DNA of 64,000 nucleotides from Gnetum montanum (lineage: Eukaryota > Plantae > Gnetophyta): the NCBI GenBank assembly GCA_015680685.1, contig MNCI01001539.1:642387-706386 (forward strand), read 5' to 3'. Under the pieces are notes generated by a model. The model saw only the letters and a list, made by a program, of their open reading frames with translations, searched no databases and had not been told where the DNA came from. Shown piece by piece: positions 1 to 13,200 of this stretch. Each line of letters opens with the position of its first letter. Within the stretch, counting starts at the first letter, position 1. The translations under genes were made by a program, and so were the position numbers.

Positions 1-854
1 TCCAGATGATAGTTTGTAATTTCAACATTTTCAGACCACACCTTCAAGAATTCATCTGCTGAGGGATGTTGACCTTGTAGCGAGGGGAAGACCATATGAG
101 GGGTAATGGGTTGCCTTCCCATTACTAGTTTTGTAGGAGAAAACCCAGTAGCTGATGACTTTTGGATCTTGTAACTTAGCTGGGCAATCCCTAACAGAAC
201 AGACCAGTTCTTTTGGTCACTGCAAACATAGTGTCGGAGGTACTCTTCAAGTACCTGGTTCATCCATTCTGTTTGACCATTGGTTTGTGGATGAAAACTT
301 GTTGATAATTTGAGGGTGGTACCTATCATGCCAAACAACGCTCACTAGAAAGCACTTGTGAATCGAGAATCTCGATCTGAAACAATGCTCATGGGTAACC
401 CAAAATATCGAACCACCCTATCAAAATAGTATGTTGCAGTGTCCTTAGCTGAGCATTTTGATGGATAGGGAATGAATATGGCAAATTTGGAAAATTTGTC
501 CACCACCACGATGATGCTGCTTAAGCCCTGAACATTCGGTAATCTTGTAATGAAGTCCATAGACATTGTAGCCTATGGAAATGGAGAGATTTCTAAGGGT
601 AGCAGAAGACCACCTGTATGCTTCGTAGAACCTTTGTCCTACTGGCACACCAGACACTTCTGAATATAAGAAATCACATCCTGATACATTTTTGGCCAGA
701 AGAAGGTTCTCTCAATGAGTGCCAAGGTTCTTTGCTGTCCAGGGTGCCTAGCCCACTGTGTGTCATGGCATTCTCGGATTATCTCCTTACGTAAGCCATC
801 CCAATCCGGAATGCATATCTGATTATCATAAAACCAAAGTAGTCCATCCCTCAT
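1..854 (-). pseudogene. pol: Integrase (HHCC zinc finger and core), disrupted
   Basis: ECHDTQWARHPGQQRT..FFWPKM..CLVCQ; SMDFITRLP..IIVVVDKFSK..IVSDRDSRFTS. Confidence 0.92.
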
Positions 855-1070
855 TTTGAACTATGGTGCTTGCCCAGTTTCTATCAGCTTCGTTAGATCA
901 ATGACATGAGGATCCCTTTTTAAGCTATCTTGAATCCGAGTCAACAACACTTCATCACACTGAACATGTGAAATTTGTGGCTCAGTGATAGAAAAGAGCT
1001 GGGAGGCAGGCTGAGGATGGTGGCTTAATGCATCTGCCAGCACATTCTCTTTCCTAGGATGGTAGGTTAA

Positions 1071-1394
1071 TTACAAATCAAATTTAGATAACATGGTCAA
1101 CCATTGGGCATGTTTGCGCCTCAGCTTCGTTTGGTTTAGTAGATAGCTAGTGGCCAAATTATCTGTCTTGACAAGGACACGACTTCCCAGCAAGTAGTGT
1201 CTCCATGCTCTTAAGCAATGGACAATAGCGAATGTTTCTTTTTCATGGATTGACCACCTTTGCTCTACTTGTTTAAGCTTCTGGCTCTTATAAGCGACAG
1301 AATGGCCTTTTTGTAGCAATACACCCCCGATTGCATTCTCACTGGCATTAGTATGAACCTCAAAAGGTTTCGAAAAATCTGGCAATGCCAACAC
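1071..1394 (-). pseudogene. pol: RNase H domain
   Basis: LALPDFSKPFEVHTNASENAIGGVLLQ..HEKETFAIVHCLRAWRHYLLG. Confidence 0.92.
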
Positions 1395-1449
1395 TGGATG
1401 GGAGGTTAAAGCTTCTTTGATTCTATTGAATGGTTGCTGACAATTTGAA

Positions 1450-2475
1450 TCTCATTGCCATGGGATTTCTTTCTTTTGCAAATTGGATAGGGGAGCAGCG
1501 ATAACTGAGAAATTTTTGATGAATTTCCAATAGAAGCTTGCTAACCCCATAAACTGTCTAACCTCATGCACATTAGTGAGAGCGCTGGTGCACCACCTCT
1601 ACCTTTTTTGGATTTGGCTTCACCTGCCCATACCCTACAAGATGTCCCAGAAATTTTAGCTCTGAGCAACAGAATTTACATTTCTCTTTCTTAATGTACA
1701 ACTAATTTTCTCATAGCTTTTCAAGGACTAATTGTAGGTGGAGGGCATGTTCTTCCATGGTTGGGCTATATATCAAAATATTATTGAGATAGATGACCAC
1801 AAATTTGTCTAGGAATGGTCGAAATATCTCGTTCATTAAGGTACAAAATGTAGCTGGTGCGTTGCAAAGCTCAAAGGGCATCATTGACCACTCGTATGAC
1901 TCATACTGGGTTACGCATGTAATTTTTTCTTCATCCTCTTTTGCGATGTGAACTTGGTAGTGCCCTTGTCGAAGGTCTAGTTGGGTGAAATATTGGGCCC
2001 TTGCCAATTGGTTGAACAAGTCTGAAATGAGTGGTATTGGGTACTTGTTCTTGATAGTGTGCTTGTTCAACAACTTGTAATCGCAATAGAGACGTAGCAT
2101 TCAGTCCTCCTTGGTGACAAACAACATCGGTGCCCCATAAGGGGATTTTGAGGGGCAAATGTATCCGTTGGACATCAAGCTCTTAAGTTGCTTCATTAAT
2201 TCCCCCAATTTTGGCTTTATCAACCGATATGACCTTTGAATAGGTGGATCAGTACCTAGCTGCAATTCAATTTTATGATCCATGGCCCTCTGAGGCGGTA
2301 AACTTCTTGGCAATTCAGGTGGCATCACATTTTTAAAATTGCCCAGCACCTGTGCTATGCGTGGGTCAATATTTGTTTGGGATCGAAAAACTTCAGAAGG
2401 ATCATCCATTTGCATAGCTAGCAGAAATTTTCTTGTGGGATCCCTGGCGAATTGTTTCATCACCATTGGTGACAC
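1450..2475 (-). pseudogene. pol: Reverse transcriptase, disrupted (YLDD degraded to YLNN)
   Basis: PSKSPYGAPMLFV, LRLYCDYKLLNK, LDLRQGHYQV, MPFELCNAPATF, VVIYLNNILIYS. Confidence 0.93.
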
Positions 2476-2589
2476 AATCTAGGGACTATAGCCCTCATCC
2501 TTTCCAATCTGTGCTCCATGAGTTTGAACTAGGCAAGTGGAGCTGTCACGTGAAATGAAGATTAGGTCTAAGTGTGGAGTCATAAAAAC

Positions 2590-2871
2590 TTTTGCCTTGC
2601 GTAAGAATTCTTGCCCCAATATAACCTAAAAGGAGTCCATATCTAGAATCGAGAAGTCTAGAACTCCTTACCATAAACCCACTTGAATTTGGACACTACG
2701 ACACACCCTGATACACCGAAGGGATCTGAACTTGGCCAGTTTGTAAGAGGCGTGGATTGGTTCCATCTTTAGTTGTAAGTCTTTTACCATGGCTAGAACC
2801 ATGCAATTGTGGCTAGCCCCATTATCAATGAGGGCACTTATTTGACTTGAGCTCATAGTGATTGGGGCCAA
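2590..2871 (-). pseudogene. Aspartic protease remnant
   Basis: ALIDNGASHN active-site-like motif located between gag and RT. Confidence 0.8.
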
Positions 2872-3231
2872 TTAAACTTGATGTAAATTATCAAGATTAG
2901 GATTTTGGGAGTTTCCAACTCTTGACCTATTCGTAACCATGTTAGAAAACTCCATCATAACTGCTAGTCTTCGTTGTTCCCCTGAAGTGCTTCCATATGT
3001 AATCTGAAGGCATGGGTTAGAGCGATAATTGAGTGGCATCAGTTGTTTCCTTGGAGCTTGCCCTTGCCTATTTTCAGTCCTTCCTGAACTTAAGGGATAG
3101 TTTTTTGCTAGGTGGTTTCCTCGACCAAAGAATCATTGAATTGGCCCCTTAAAGGCACCTTCCATAAATTGTTTCTTTTTGGCCCTAGGTTGCCACTTGC
3201 TCCCTATATCTTTATGTTTTTGTTGGGAGCC

Positions 3232-4389
3232 TTAGTTTCCTGGAGGACCATCCATTGGGCAATTTCCTTGTTGAACCGATTTGAATGTGTTTCCACCTTT
3301 GATGGAACCTATATTAGTTTTTTGAGAGTGGGAGGATGTGACATGCTTTCCCTTCCCAAGCTTACTCTTATTTGGCTTCGTTGCCTTGAAGTCCAAAAAA
3401 GTGCCAGCAATCGCAATAGCCTCCATGGGGGAGTCAATGCCTCTTCGACGTAGTTCCATCTGCACCCATGGCTGTAACCCATTTACAAATTTGAAAAAAG
3501 GATCCTGATCTTCCATATCGAAAATCAGCAGCATGAGTTCTTGGAAGCTATTGATATAATCTTCAAGCTTCCCTGAATGTTTTAAGGTCTCTAGCTTGGT
3601 TGTAGCTACCCATTCAGAGTTCCCAAGATGGAATTGTTTGATTAGTGCTGCCTTAAATTTATCCCAAGTCTCTATCTTTTTTGTAGCAGTGCCCTTTTCT
3701 TGGGCATGAAAGAGGCTAAGCTACCATAGCTTAGCACTTCCTATGAGAAACTGAGATGCTGTGGAGATCTTTTGGGCTGTGGGAACATCCCTGGTATTCA
3801 AGTACATCTCCACATCATGGAGGAAGGCATCAATTTTAGCATCATTTCTCTCGCCATCATAAGAACTCGATTCTCTGGCTTTGATACGGGTCATTGCCAT
3901 TGGCTCTTCTACCAAGCGTCTTGCCAAGGAGGATTTTAGGATGGCGTTTTTAAATTTCAAATCAGATAGCTCTTGATTTACCCCCACCAGGGTATCCTCG
4001 AGAACTTTCACTCGGCCAATTAGGTTTTCAACTAGAGATGTTTTTGTTTGTGCCTCTTCTAAGGATCCAAATAGATCCTTGTAGAGGTTGATCATGTGAT
4101 CTAGATGACCTTCCAAGAGTGAAACCTTAGCCTTTGCCACTTTCACCCTGTCCTTAGAGCAAAGATCCATCTTTTCTTGTGGTAAATCAACATCTTTAAG
4201 AATGTGATGGATTGCATTTGCATTTTCTAGGCCAGGGTAGGCTAAGGCCTCATCAATTGTCTTGACATGGTCCCATAAAGATTGAAACTTAGTCTCATCT
4301 TGACCAAGTTTTGTCTCAACCTCAATTTTTGGGTTTGCTTGATCATCAACCTTGTCACTAGGTCGTCCACCAAGCTCCATGTTGCTCAA
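3232..4389 (-). pseudogene. gag: Gag, disrupted
   Basis: ORFs 3721-4389 and 3232-3534 carry Galadriel-type capsid motifs and lie directly downstream of the PBS. Confidence 0.85.
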
Positions 4390-4518
4390 GAGAGAGCTTT
4401 AGCACAAGGTCACCCTCAAAGGAAGAGCGGCTAGTAGAAGTTGAAAATGGCAACCTCACAAACCATAAATCCTCTCAGGCCTTTATCGAGAAATTTTTGC
4501 CGGCAAATCAAATTGTGA

Positions 4519-4531
4519 GGCTTTGATACCA
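4519..4531 (-). promoter_or_regulatory. Primer binding site, tRNA-iMet
   Basis: Minus strand reads TGTTACA-ga-TGGTATCAAAGCC. Confidence 0.88.
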
Positions 4532-4533
4532 TC

Positions 4534-4827
4534 TGTAACAATGTTGTCCTTGGGAATGTTGTTTGGCACCCCTAGAGTTCCCCCAAGCAGATTCTAAATT
4601 GAGACAAAACTCAAGAGAAATACGCCTCAGCAATCAACAGTCCTGAAACATATGCCAACAAACAATGTGTTAGTGTTAGCATGTTTCTTGAGCGGTGTTT
4701 CAAATTCAATATTCGCAATATACTAACAAGCTAGATAGCACTCCCTTGCTCCACTCACATGGACACCATGGGGACTACCAACTGAACCCTCCAGATTCAT
4801 CATTGCTTGCTGGTAGTTGGTGTCGCA
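4534..4827 (-). repeat. Putative 5' LTR of the Galadriel-like element
   Basis: Minus strand runs TGCGACA...TGTTACA (imperfect terminal inverted repeat). The 4534 end is fixed by the PBS; the 4827 end is inferred. Confidence 0.5.
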
Positions 4828-7702
4828 CTCCAAAGAGTGCACACAACATCCCATAGCACGTCCCATGACACACCCAGTAAAAACACCCCAACATAGTGTT
4901 GAACTACATAACCCTCCCAGGAAAGGTCCTACTGAGTGGGGTAATGAGGTAGGTCGTAGCCTCCTCTTATTAATGCATGGAACTGTTGTAGCCTCCATGT
5001 ACCCAGGACATTTGATATCTATGTCAATTGTTGGTTGCAAATATGAGAATGAATATCATTGGAGGTTTTGATTTTGAGCTTCCCTTTCTCATAGAGGCTT
5101 GTCCTCATATTCCCACCATGCTTCATTCATCTCATCATCTCCTTGGAATGCTTTCCTTGCATCCCCATCATGACTCAAACTTGCAACAAATAAAGAATAA
5201 GAAAAATAAAAAGGATTAGGCCTTCTTAATCCAACATCCTTTCTTTGCTTCTTTTTTTTTTCCTTCTTCACCTTCTTCTTCTTGGTAATTGGAAGACTAC
5301 TACTTAGCTTCCTGCCATCACCATCATGTAGATTGCTTTCATGCTATACTTCCAGTTTACAGCCAAGACAATCAAATCTATCAACACACTTCACAAATTT
5401 ATCATTACTATAATCAACAACAAGCATCTCCAAATTCCAGAAAATCATATTATTATTAATGTCCTCACTTACATGAATAATGACCTTCCCATAATGACTA
5501 TCCCAATAGCTATCATCATCAAAAAATTTATTATTATTATTATTCCTCTCACTAACAATGGCATCAAAGGTCACAATATGACTCTTAGTCTCATCATAAT
5601 CATCGTAATGATCATGATGATCATCATTACCATTGAACAATCCACTACCAAGTTAAAGTGAAAAACTAGCATCCATCACACTTGCTTCAAGATGAGAGAC
5701 ATTATTACCATTAAAAGGGTCAACTCTTACTTACCTCTTTATGGATTCTCCCACACAACTTTGGCTCAACTTGATCTTCAAAATATGGCTGTCCAATCTC
5801 ATGAAAAATTTAAGATTCATGATCCCAAATAGGAGTTTCTAATTCCAATGGCTTCTCCTCTTCAAAGGAATTAAGAACAAGCTCTTCATCCCACTTTGGA
5901 GGTACCAACTCAAAAGGAAACTCTCCTTTATGATTTTAACATTAGATGCATTAAAAACATCATCAAAGCAATCATTCTTCCACATACCTAGGCTAGAAGA
6001 CTCACCTCTCTCCCATGAGATAGCCTCAACTTGGCTTAGAATCTTCTTTTCCTTGCTACAAGGTATAGAACAATTGCAAAAAGAATGAGTATCATACCTT
6101 CTAGTGCTACCCTTGATCCTTATTGAAGAAGTCCGTTGATCTTTGCCACTCCTTTGGCTTTGATCCTTTACCTCCCATGACTTATGAGGCAGGAACTTTC
6201 CTTGATCATTAGCATATACCATCTTGAACTTTGAAGATCTCTTGGTATCTTTGATGAAGCTCTTGGTTTCCTCCCTTGAGACCCTTTAGTATTGAGAACT
6301 ACTTTGGTCAATAAGAGATACATGAGATCTCCTTTTCTCATTGATCTCTACTTCATGAGACCCTTCATCTTCCTTTGCTTCTTGATGGTTAGAAGATATT
6401 CTATCAATTCTCCTCAAAATATTTCCCATGTTAGTTTTAAATTTCTCCATATCCCTTTCTAAAGTTTTTGAAAAATATTGTTGCTTGTGGACCTTTACTT
6501 TGGGAAGAACTTCTTGCATCTCAACCACAAAAGCTTTAAAGAAGTCCTTAAACTCTTGAATCTCTTGTCTAAGCTCTTGATATGTCTTCCTCTTTGGAGC
6601 CATACCTAAAGCAACAAGAATGATATCTAAAAGAAAATATGAAAATATCCACAACAATGTTTCTTTCATTTAAGGAAAACACCAAGATTCAACATAAAAG
6701 TGTGGAAACCTCTAAACCTTTGCTCTAATGCCAATTTAGTGCAGGAGTTACACCTCAAGAGACCCTAATAGAATCTAATCCACAACTTCCAAGTAAATCT
6801 AGCTTGGAAAATAATAACAACACAATAAAATAAAGAAATTTGTCCTTCTTTTTTATTATGAAAATTTACAAAATACATAGAAAATACATCAAATATGAGG
6901 ATCCAAGCTCAACTCAAAACTCTTACAAGGATTGTAGAGGCCACACTTATCCCATATCAATCCATAATTGCTCATAATGAAGCCCAAGCTCAAGAAAAGA
7001 TACTTGTAACAAATTCTCCTAACCTTTCTCAAGTGCTCTCCCTTGCCTCTCACTCAACTTCCTTGCACAAGCTCTCTTCTAGCAAAATCTCTCTTCCCTT
7101 AAGAGCTGTTTTTCTTATCCTCTTTTAGGATGTTTGGCCTTCAATGTTTGTAGTTTGACCCTTGGCACTTTGACACTAACAATGGTGAATTACATCAATA
7201 TTTATAACCAACTGGAAGATAAAAATCCTAGAAACATTTTATCAAGTTAACTTGAGGTTCTTTATATGTTTCCTATGTATTCTCACTTTCTCCATAGCTA
7301 TTTCCATCTTTCTTTGGTAGTTTGTTGAATTGGAGCAAGCATTTTCAAAAGTTTCACCATGTGTCTAAGCCTTCTTAGACTTTGTTGGGATGTCTACTAT
7401 GAAAACCTAGCACTCAGGTGAGATGTCTACTATTTTTGATAGATGTCTAATCTGGTCCTTAGACATCTACAATTCTAGATAGACGTCTACACTAAGACAA
7501 TAATCTTTCTTGTTAGATGTCTATCCTATATGTGCCAAAAATAAAATTGCTCATTTTGATACCAAAAACCTCCATATGCCTCCAAAAAAGTATCCATAGA
7601 TATTGGAACCCTCTAAAGTCATCAAATGAGCCAAAAACACCTTAAAACATGCCAAAACATCCAAGAATCATCCTCAACAAAATCAACACAAAAGACACAG
7701 CA
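4828..7702 (-). mobile_element. Older gypsy (CRM-like) 5' fragment: LTR ~6737-7702, Met PBS, gag and protease remnants
   Basis: PBS-like TGGCATTAGAGC at 6722-6733; gag-like ORF fragments at 5100-6669; protease-like LPHYPTQ*DLSW..VLWDVV just before 4828; short GATGTCTA repeats at 7390-7525. Confidence 0.5.
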
Positions 7703-9395
7703 TGTAGGCTAGAACAAAGGGATCAAAAGAGGTGTTCCTACATTAGGACTGTGGACCTGTGTGAGAGCTTCTTGACCTCTTTTGGAATCTTCAAGTTGAT
7801 TCCTAATAATTTTTCTTTTTCAAGGAAATCAATGTATAGATGAGGATTATATTGATGAAGGCTATTTGTTGAAGAATTATAACTTAAAATTAAGGTCATC
7901 ATGAAGGGCACACAACATATGGTATAAGGTTTTGTAGGATTTCTCTTAGTGGTAGTTACAAGCTCCATGATACAAAATAAATCAGAAGAATAAGAGAAGG
8001 ACCAATCAAACACCCTACCAATTTTAGCATCATGGAGAAGGTAGATTGCATAGGAAGTAACATGCTAAGACTAGGGATTCAACAAAACCTTGCTATTTAT
8101 AAGTAGACATACTTGAAAATTGATATTGTTATTAAAATCAAGTTCATAAAAATCCTTTCGAATAAGTGTGAAATAAGAAAGAAAATCAAACATCTCATTT
8201 TTGAAAAAATCCTTAAATTTAGTTAATCTCATACTAGGTTCAAAAGGATCTTTGTATAGTAGTAGGAGTAATAACTAAACTTCCAAAAACCATTTTAGAA
8301 ATAGAAATTTCTAGGAGATGGTAAATATTACACTAGTCTACTATAAGATCCTTGCATTGAACAGTCTTAAAAATGAAAAACACTAGTAACTATAATAAGC
8401 TGGAACTTTAATATACTTAAAATCCTAAATGTCTAACAAACTACGAACTATATCAGGAGCCTCAACTACATTATTCTAATATAAATCAATAGAAATAGTA
8501 GAGCTACTTGAGGGGGTGAGAGAAGCTTGACCTGGACACTTCAAAGGAGCCATGTTGTAACTTACTATGCCCATGAAATCTCTATGTAACTACTATGAAA
8601 AAGGATTGATTTGGAGAAAAAGAAATTTTCCCATCAATTTATAGAGATAATTGAAAAATTATAGTAATAGTTGAAGGCACAATTGACTAAAGAAAAGTGT
8701 AGTTATAATTATGTTAACATGTAGTTAATTATTAATTAGATTTCTACTAATGATCACATTTCTTTATTTTTTAATTGATATGTTAAGTAAAATGGCATTA
8801 TCATGAGTTGAAGATGTAGTGCTCTCTGAGACGATTCCAACAATACTAATTTTATCAAAATTTGGGTTATGGTTTATGAGATATCATATTTCTTGATAAA
8901 CATGCCATTAATTATAAATAATTAAATAACTAAATAAAATTAAAAAATATATATATATAAAGGGGTTGGGAGTTGAACCAAAAACCCCATCCTTAAATTT
9001 TCTTTAAAAAAAATTTCTACCATTGTGTGATAGGGCCAATAGCCACCATGGACATGAGAAAATCTTGCTTCCAATGGACCTTCGTGGACACCATGGTCAC
9101 CAAAAAATCCTACCTCCCATGAAGCTTCAATGAACATCGCTAGCATCACTAGCTTGCCTTCTTGGCAAGTTTTGCAACCGGAACATTTTCTATAAATTAA
9201 CAAAAAAAAATCAAAATTTTTGTTAGTTAATGGAAAATTTCAATTTTTATGTTAGTTAACAAAAACTTTCAAACATGTCAAAAAATATACGTGGTAAAAT
9301 TTAAATTTAAAAATGTGTAGAATATTTTTGATGAAAAACTTTGGCACATTGGCAACAACTAGGATAAAAATTTTGTAATTAATCACCATTGTTCT

Positions 9396-9430
9396 AGAGT
9401 AGTATTGGGATGGATGACCTCTTAGGAAGT
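9396..9430 (+). other. 5S rRNA-derived fragment (internal control region: IE and box C); not a full gene
   Basis: AGAGTAGTATTGGGATGGATGACCTCTTAGGAAGT versus plant 5S AGAGTAGTACTAGGATGGGTGACCTCCTGGGAAGT: 30/35 identical, all five differences transitions. Confidence 0.75.
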
Positions 9431-10299
9431 TTTGATTTACACATTTTTTTTTTCAAGTTCAAATGGCCATAAATTGTGATTTCAGAGTCTATTTTCAATG
9501 AAACAAGAATTGTTTCCAATAGATTTGAATCTTCTAAAGACAATGGAATAGTCAAATTTATCCTAAGGAAGATGAAAAATTAGATTTTAAATCTATTATT
9601 TAGCCTTTTGAAACATGAAAAAGATTAATTGGAAACCTAACAAATGGAATATTTGGTTGAGTAATTAAAATCTTTTGTGGCTGGTTAGGAGTTCAAGAAG
9701 AGAAAATTCATTCATGATAGTTCTAGCCTCTTTTTTAACCAATTAACTATCACATAACCCATAAAAAGGGCCACAAAGGTGAACGAATGGCCACCCTACC
9801 TTGTTTCTTTGACTTATTAATGTTTAGAGCCCAAAGAGTGCATTGGAGAATGACGGAGTCCTAAGTTAATGATCAAATGAATGTCCTTGAACAATAGATT
9901 AATTAAATTAGATGAACTCCATCAATAAAATCAAGGGTTTGGGATAAATATGAAAATTATATTTAAAGAAATTAAGAAATTACCTTAAAGTTGAGAAGTA
10001 AAATGGTCAAAAGTACAAGGAAATATGGGTTCCTTTGTAGATACTGTCAAGTAATTAATTGATCATTTAACCTAACCTCCCAACCAAAACTACTATTCAT
10101 ATAGAGACCATAATCAAAATCAATTTCCACCTAGGAACTATCACCAAGATCAATTCCAACATCACTAAGACTAGTATCAAGATTAATTTTGTCCTAGGAT
10201 TCAATATTGAGATCAATCTACACCTATTGGATGCCAGGGTGTAGACATTCCTTTACAAGGCCAAAGAATGGAATGTAAAATGAGGGCTATTGGAATTGG

Positions 10300-13200
10300 T
10301 AAAATTCACCAAGTGAATCATTAACCCAAGTTCATGTCAAAAAGGTAAACCTTAATCATTATGATAGAGCCCCTAGATCTAGTGTCAAGGAAAAAGATTG
10401 GTTTGATACAATGAATAATTATTTTGAGAAGTTGAATTTATTGAGCTAAGAACATTTAGAGGTGGTCTCTTTGTATTTGAGGGGACTTGTGACAACATGG
10501 TGGAATGGACTGAGATTAGAAGGCTTGATTACAAATTGGCTCAACTTTTGTTGAGATTTTGAAAAAATATTGTACCAAATTCCTTTCTTAAGAAGCATAA
10601 GATGTGATTTAATTCATTAAAATTGAACAGATGATTCATGGAAGATTACTACAAGTAACTTTGCAACCTCTGTTGGTATGTAAGCCACTGGGATGAGGGA
10701 GTTGCCCTCAAAGTTTATTGGTGGAATACATGTTCAATTATGTTCCTAGACATGTGCACATAATCCCCAAATAATTGATGAAGCATATAGAATTATTAAA
10801 TATTATAAGAAATCAAACCAAGTACGAACTACAATCCTTCGACAAGCAATGGTAGAAGAGATACCCACCAAGAGAACTTGATCTAGATGCTTCACTTATG
10901 GTGAGGATCACTTCAAGTGGGATTATCCAAAATTACAACTAATAATACAAAGAAACAATCAAAATAAAAATAAAGAAACCAATCCAAATATGGCCAAAGA
11001 AAAGAGTCAAACTCCTACTACAACTACAGTGAAGGAGATTTTAGAATAAGCAAAGTGAGGTTTAAGAAAGTTTTAATTTTCTTTATTCATTTTTGAAGGA
11101 TCAATAAAAGATTAAATTTTTGATTGATAGTGAAGTAAGTGATAATTTTATTTCACCAACTTTAGTGAAATCATTAAATTTAATCTTACCTTCCAAGAAA
11201 GTTGTTAGAATAAAACTTATAGCTAGAATGAGAGTAACTAAGCACACCAGATATGAAGAAATTATTTTTATCCTACAATATATTCCTTTTGTTGGTAAAT
11301 TCTTTGAATTTGAAATAAAAGATGTTGATGTAATCTTAGGAATATTTTTCTACAAAAGTTTACTATTACTTCCCAATTTAAAACCTGTGTTTTAAAAATA
11401 CCAACCACTGATGAAGTGAGGGTTCAAAGGGGGGTAGGAATAGCAAAGAAAATTCACACAATAACTATTAAGCAAGATAAGAGATTAGTAAAAAATGGTG
11501 CTACTATGTTCATTGTAAAATAACTCAACCCTAGAAACACTTTGACACTAAGATTCCAAAAGAACATGAAGAGTATAGGGATTCAGTATTTGATGAAACT
11601 AGGAAATTGCCTCCAAAAAGAACTCTTGAACATGACATTGATATTTTTCTTTGTACAAAACTAGTTTCAAAAGCTCCTTATAGGTTTTCCACCTCAGAAT
11701 TAAGGGAATTAAAAATATAATTAGACTAGTTATTGGAAGAAAAAAAGATTCAACCAAGCATCTTACCATGATGTATACTAGTGTTGTTTGTTAAGAAGAA
11801 AGATGGTACATTAAGATTATGTATTGATTATATGGTTTGAAACAAAGTGAAAATTAAATTTTTTTTCCCTACCTAGGATTGATTACCTATTTGACCAACA
11901 TATTAGAGCAAGTTATTTTTCTAAAATTGATTTAAAATTAGGTTATCATCAAATAAGGATTAAAAAGAAACATATTACGAAAATTGCATTTAGAACTAGG
12001 TATGAATTGTATGAGTTTGTGGTAATGGCATTTAGATTTATCAATGCACTTGTAACATTCATGATATGGATGAATAATATTTTCCAAGAGTGCCTTGATT
12101 AATTTGTTATCATATTTATGGATGATATACTAGTTTATTCTAAGTTTAAGAGAGGAACATGTTAAACATTTAAAAATTACAATGAAAATTCTCAAGGAAC
12201 ATCAGTTAAAGAAAAAATTAAGCAAATGTGAATTGTTTAAGGAAGAAATGTCATACTTGGACCATATTATATCTAAGAAAGGGCTATAAGTAGATTAATC
12301 TAAATTTAGTATAGTTTTTTATTTGATGGAACTTAAAGATACTATAGAAATTTGCAGTTTCTTAGGCTTAACATGTTTTTATTGATGATTTATTAAAGAT
12401 ATTCTACTTTGATAGCTCCCTTGGTTAACCTCTTGTAAGAAAAACATGTGTTTAAGTTTGATGAAAAATGCAATGAAGTTTTTCTAATATAAAAGATAAT
12501 ATTAACAATGGTGCCTATCCTAAGAATCCTAGATGATGAAATATCATTCAAAGTATCTACAAATACCTATGAAGTATGAATCAATGCAATTCTTTTACAA
12601 GAAGATAAAGTGGTATGTTTTGAGTCTCAAAAATTATGAAGAGTCAAGGAAAATTATTCAACCCATGATTTAGAATTGCTAGAAAATGTTCATGCTTTAA
12701 AAGTTTAGAGATATTATCTTTGTGGAAAAATATTTGTACTAAAAATAAATTACAAAAGCCTAGAAAATTTATAGAGATAACCCATCTGGAACACCCAATA
12801 ATCAAGGTGGGTAGAATTACTAGCAAAATATGATTTTGGGATTAAATATATTTTAGGAAAATAAAATATAGTGGTTGACATCCTTATTTGAATGTGAAAC
12901 CTAATGATTAGTATTGTTACAATCCCTATGAAAGAAGAGAACAAGGAATAGATAAAAGAAGATCCTTACTTTAAGTGAATTCTAATCAATATTTCTTTTG
13001 ATCCTTGTTAACACCTTTCTTAGGTGCTCTATTGATGAAGGAATAGAGGGTATGTATACTAGAAGGAAATTGGAGGCTTAAGTTCTTATCTAAATCCTAC
13101 AAAGTACAATACACTATTCTTGACATCCTAGATATGTTAAAACCTATGTGATGATACATAAGTTTTATGTCTATTCTAGAATCCAGAATGATGTATCCAT

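Larger units (their letters stand above)
1..4827 (-). mobile_element. Ty3/gypsy chromovirus, Galadriel-like, decayed; 3' part runs off the window
   Basis: Minus-strand order gag-PR-RT-RH-INT. The gag motifs YDGERNDAKIDAFLHDVEMYL and FKFVNGLQPWVQMELRRRG and the RT motif KYPIPLISDLF..KITCVTQY..NAPATFCTLMN match the Galadriel pattern. A Met PBS and an LTR end are present. Confidence 0.85.

Noticed and set aside
5341-5661. Ile/Met-rich 106-aa ORF
   Set aside because: It is the antisense reading of an ATC/ATT low-complexity Asp/His-rich linker in the minus-strand element.
7703-8700. Possible extra integrase remnant
   Set aside because: Only a weak FLLVVV motif is present, with no catalytic motifs recoverable.
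9396-9430. Functional 5S rRNA gene
   Set aside because: Only 35 of ~120 nt match; box A and both ends are absent.
9815-9832. PBS for the 10-14 kb chromovirus (ATGTTTAGAGC)
   Set aside because: It is too degenerate relative to TGGTATCAGAGC, and no matching LTR pair is recognisable.
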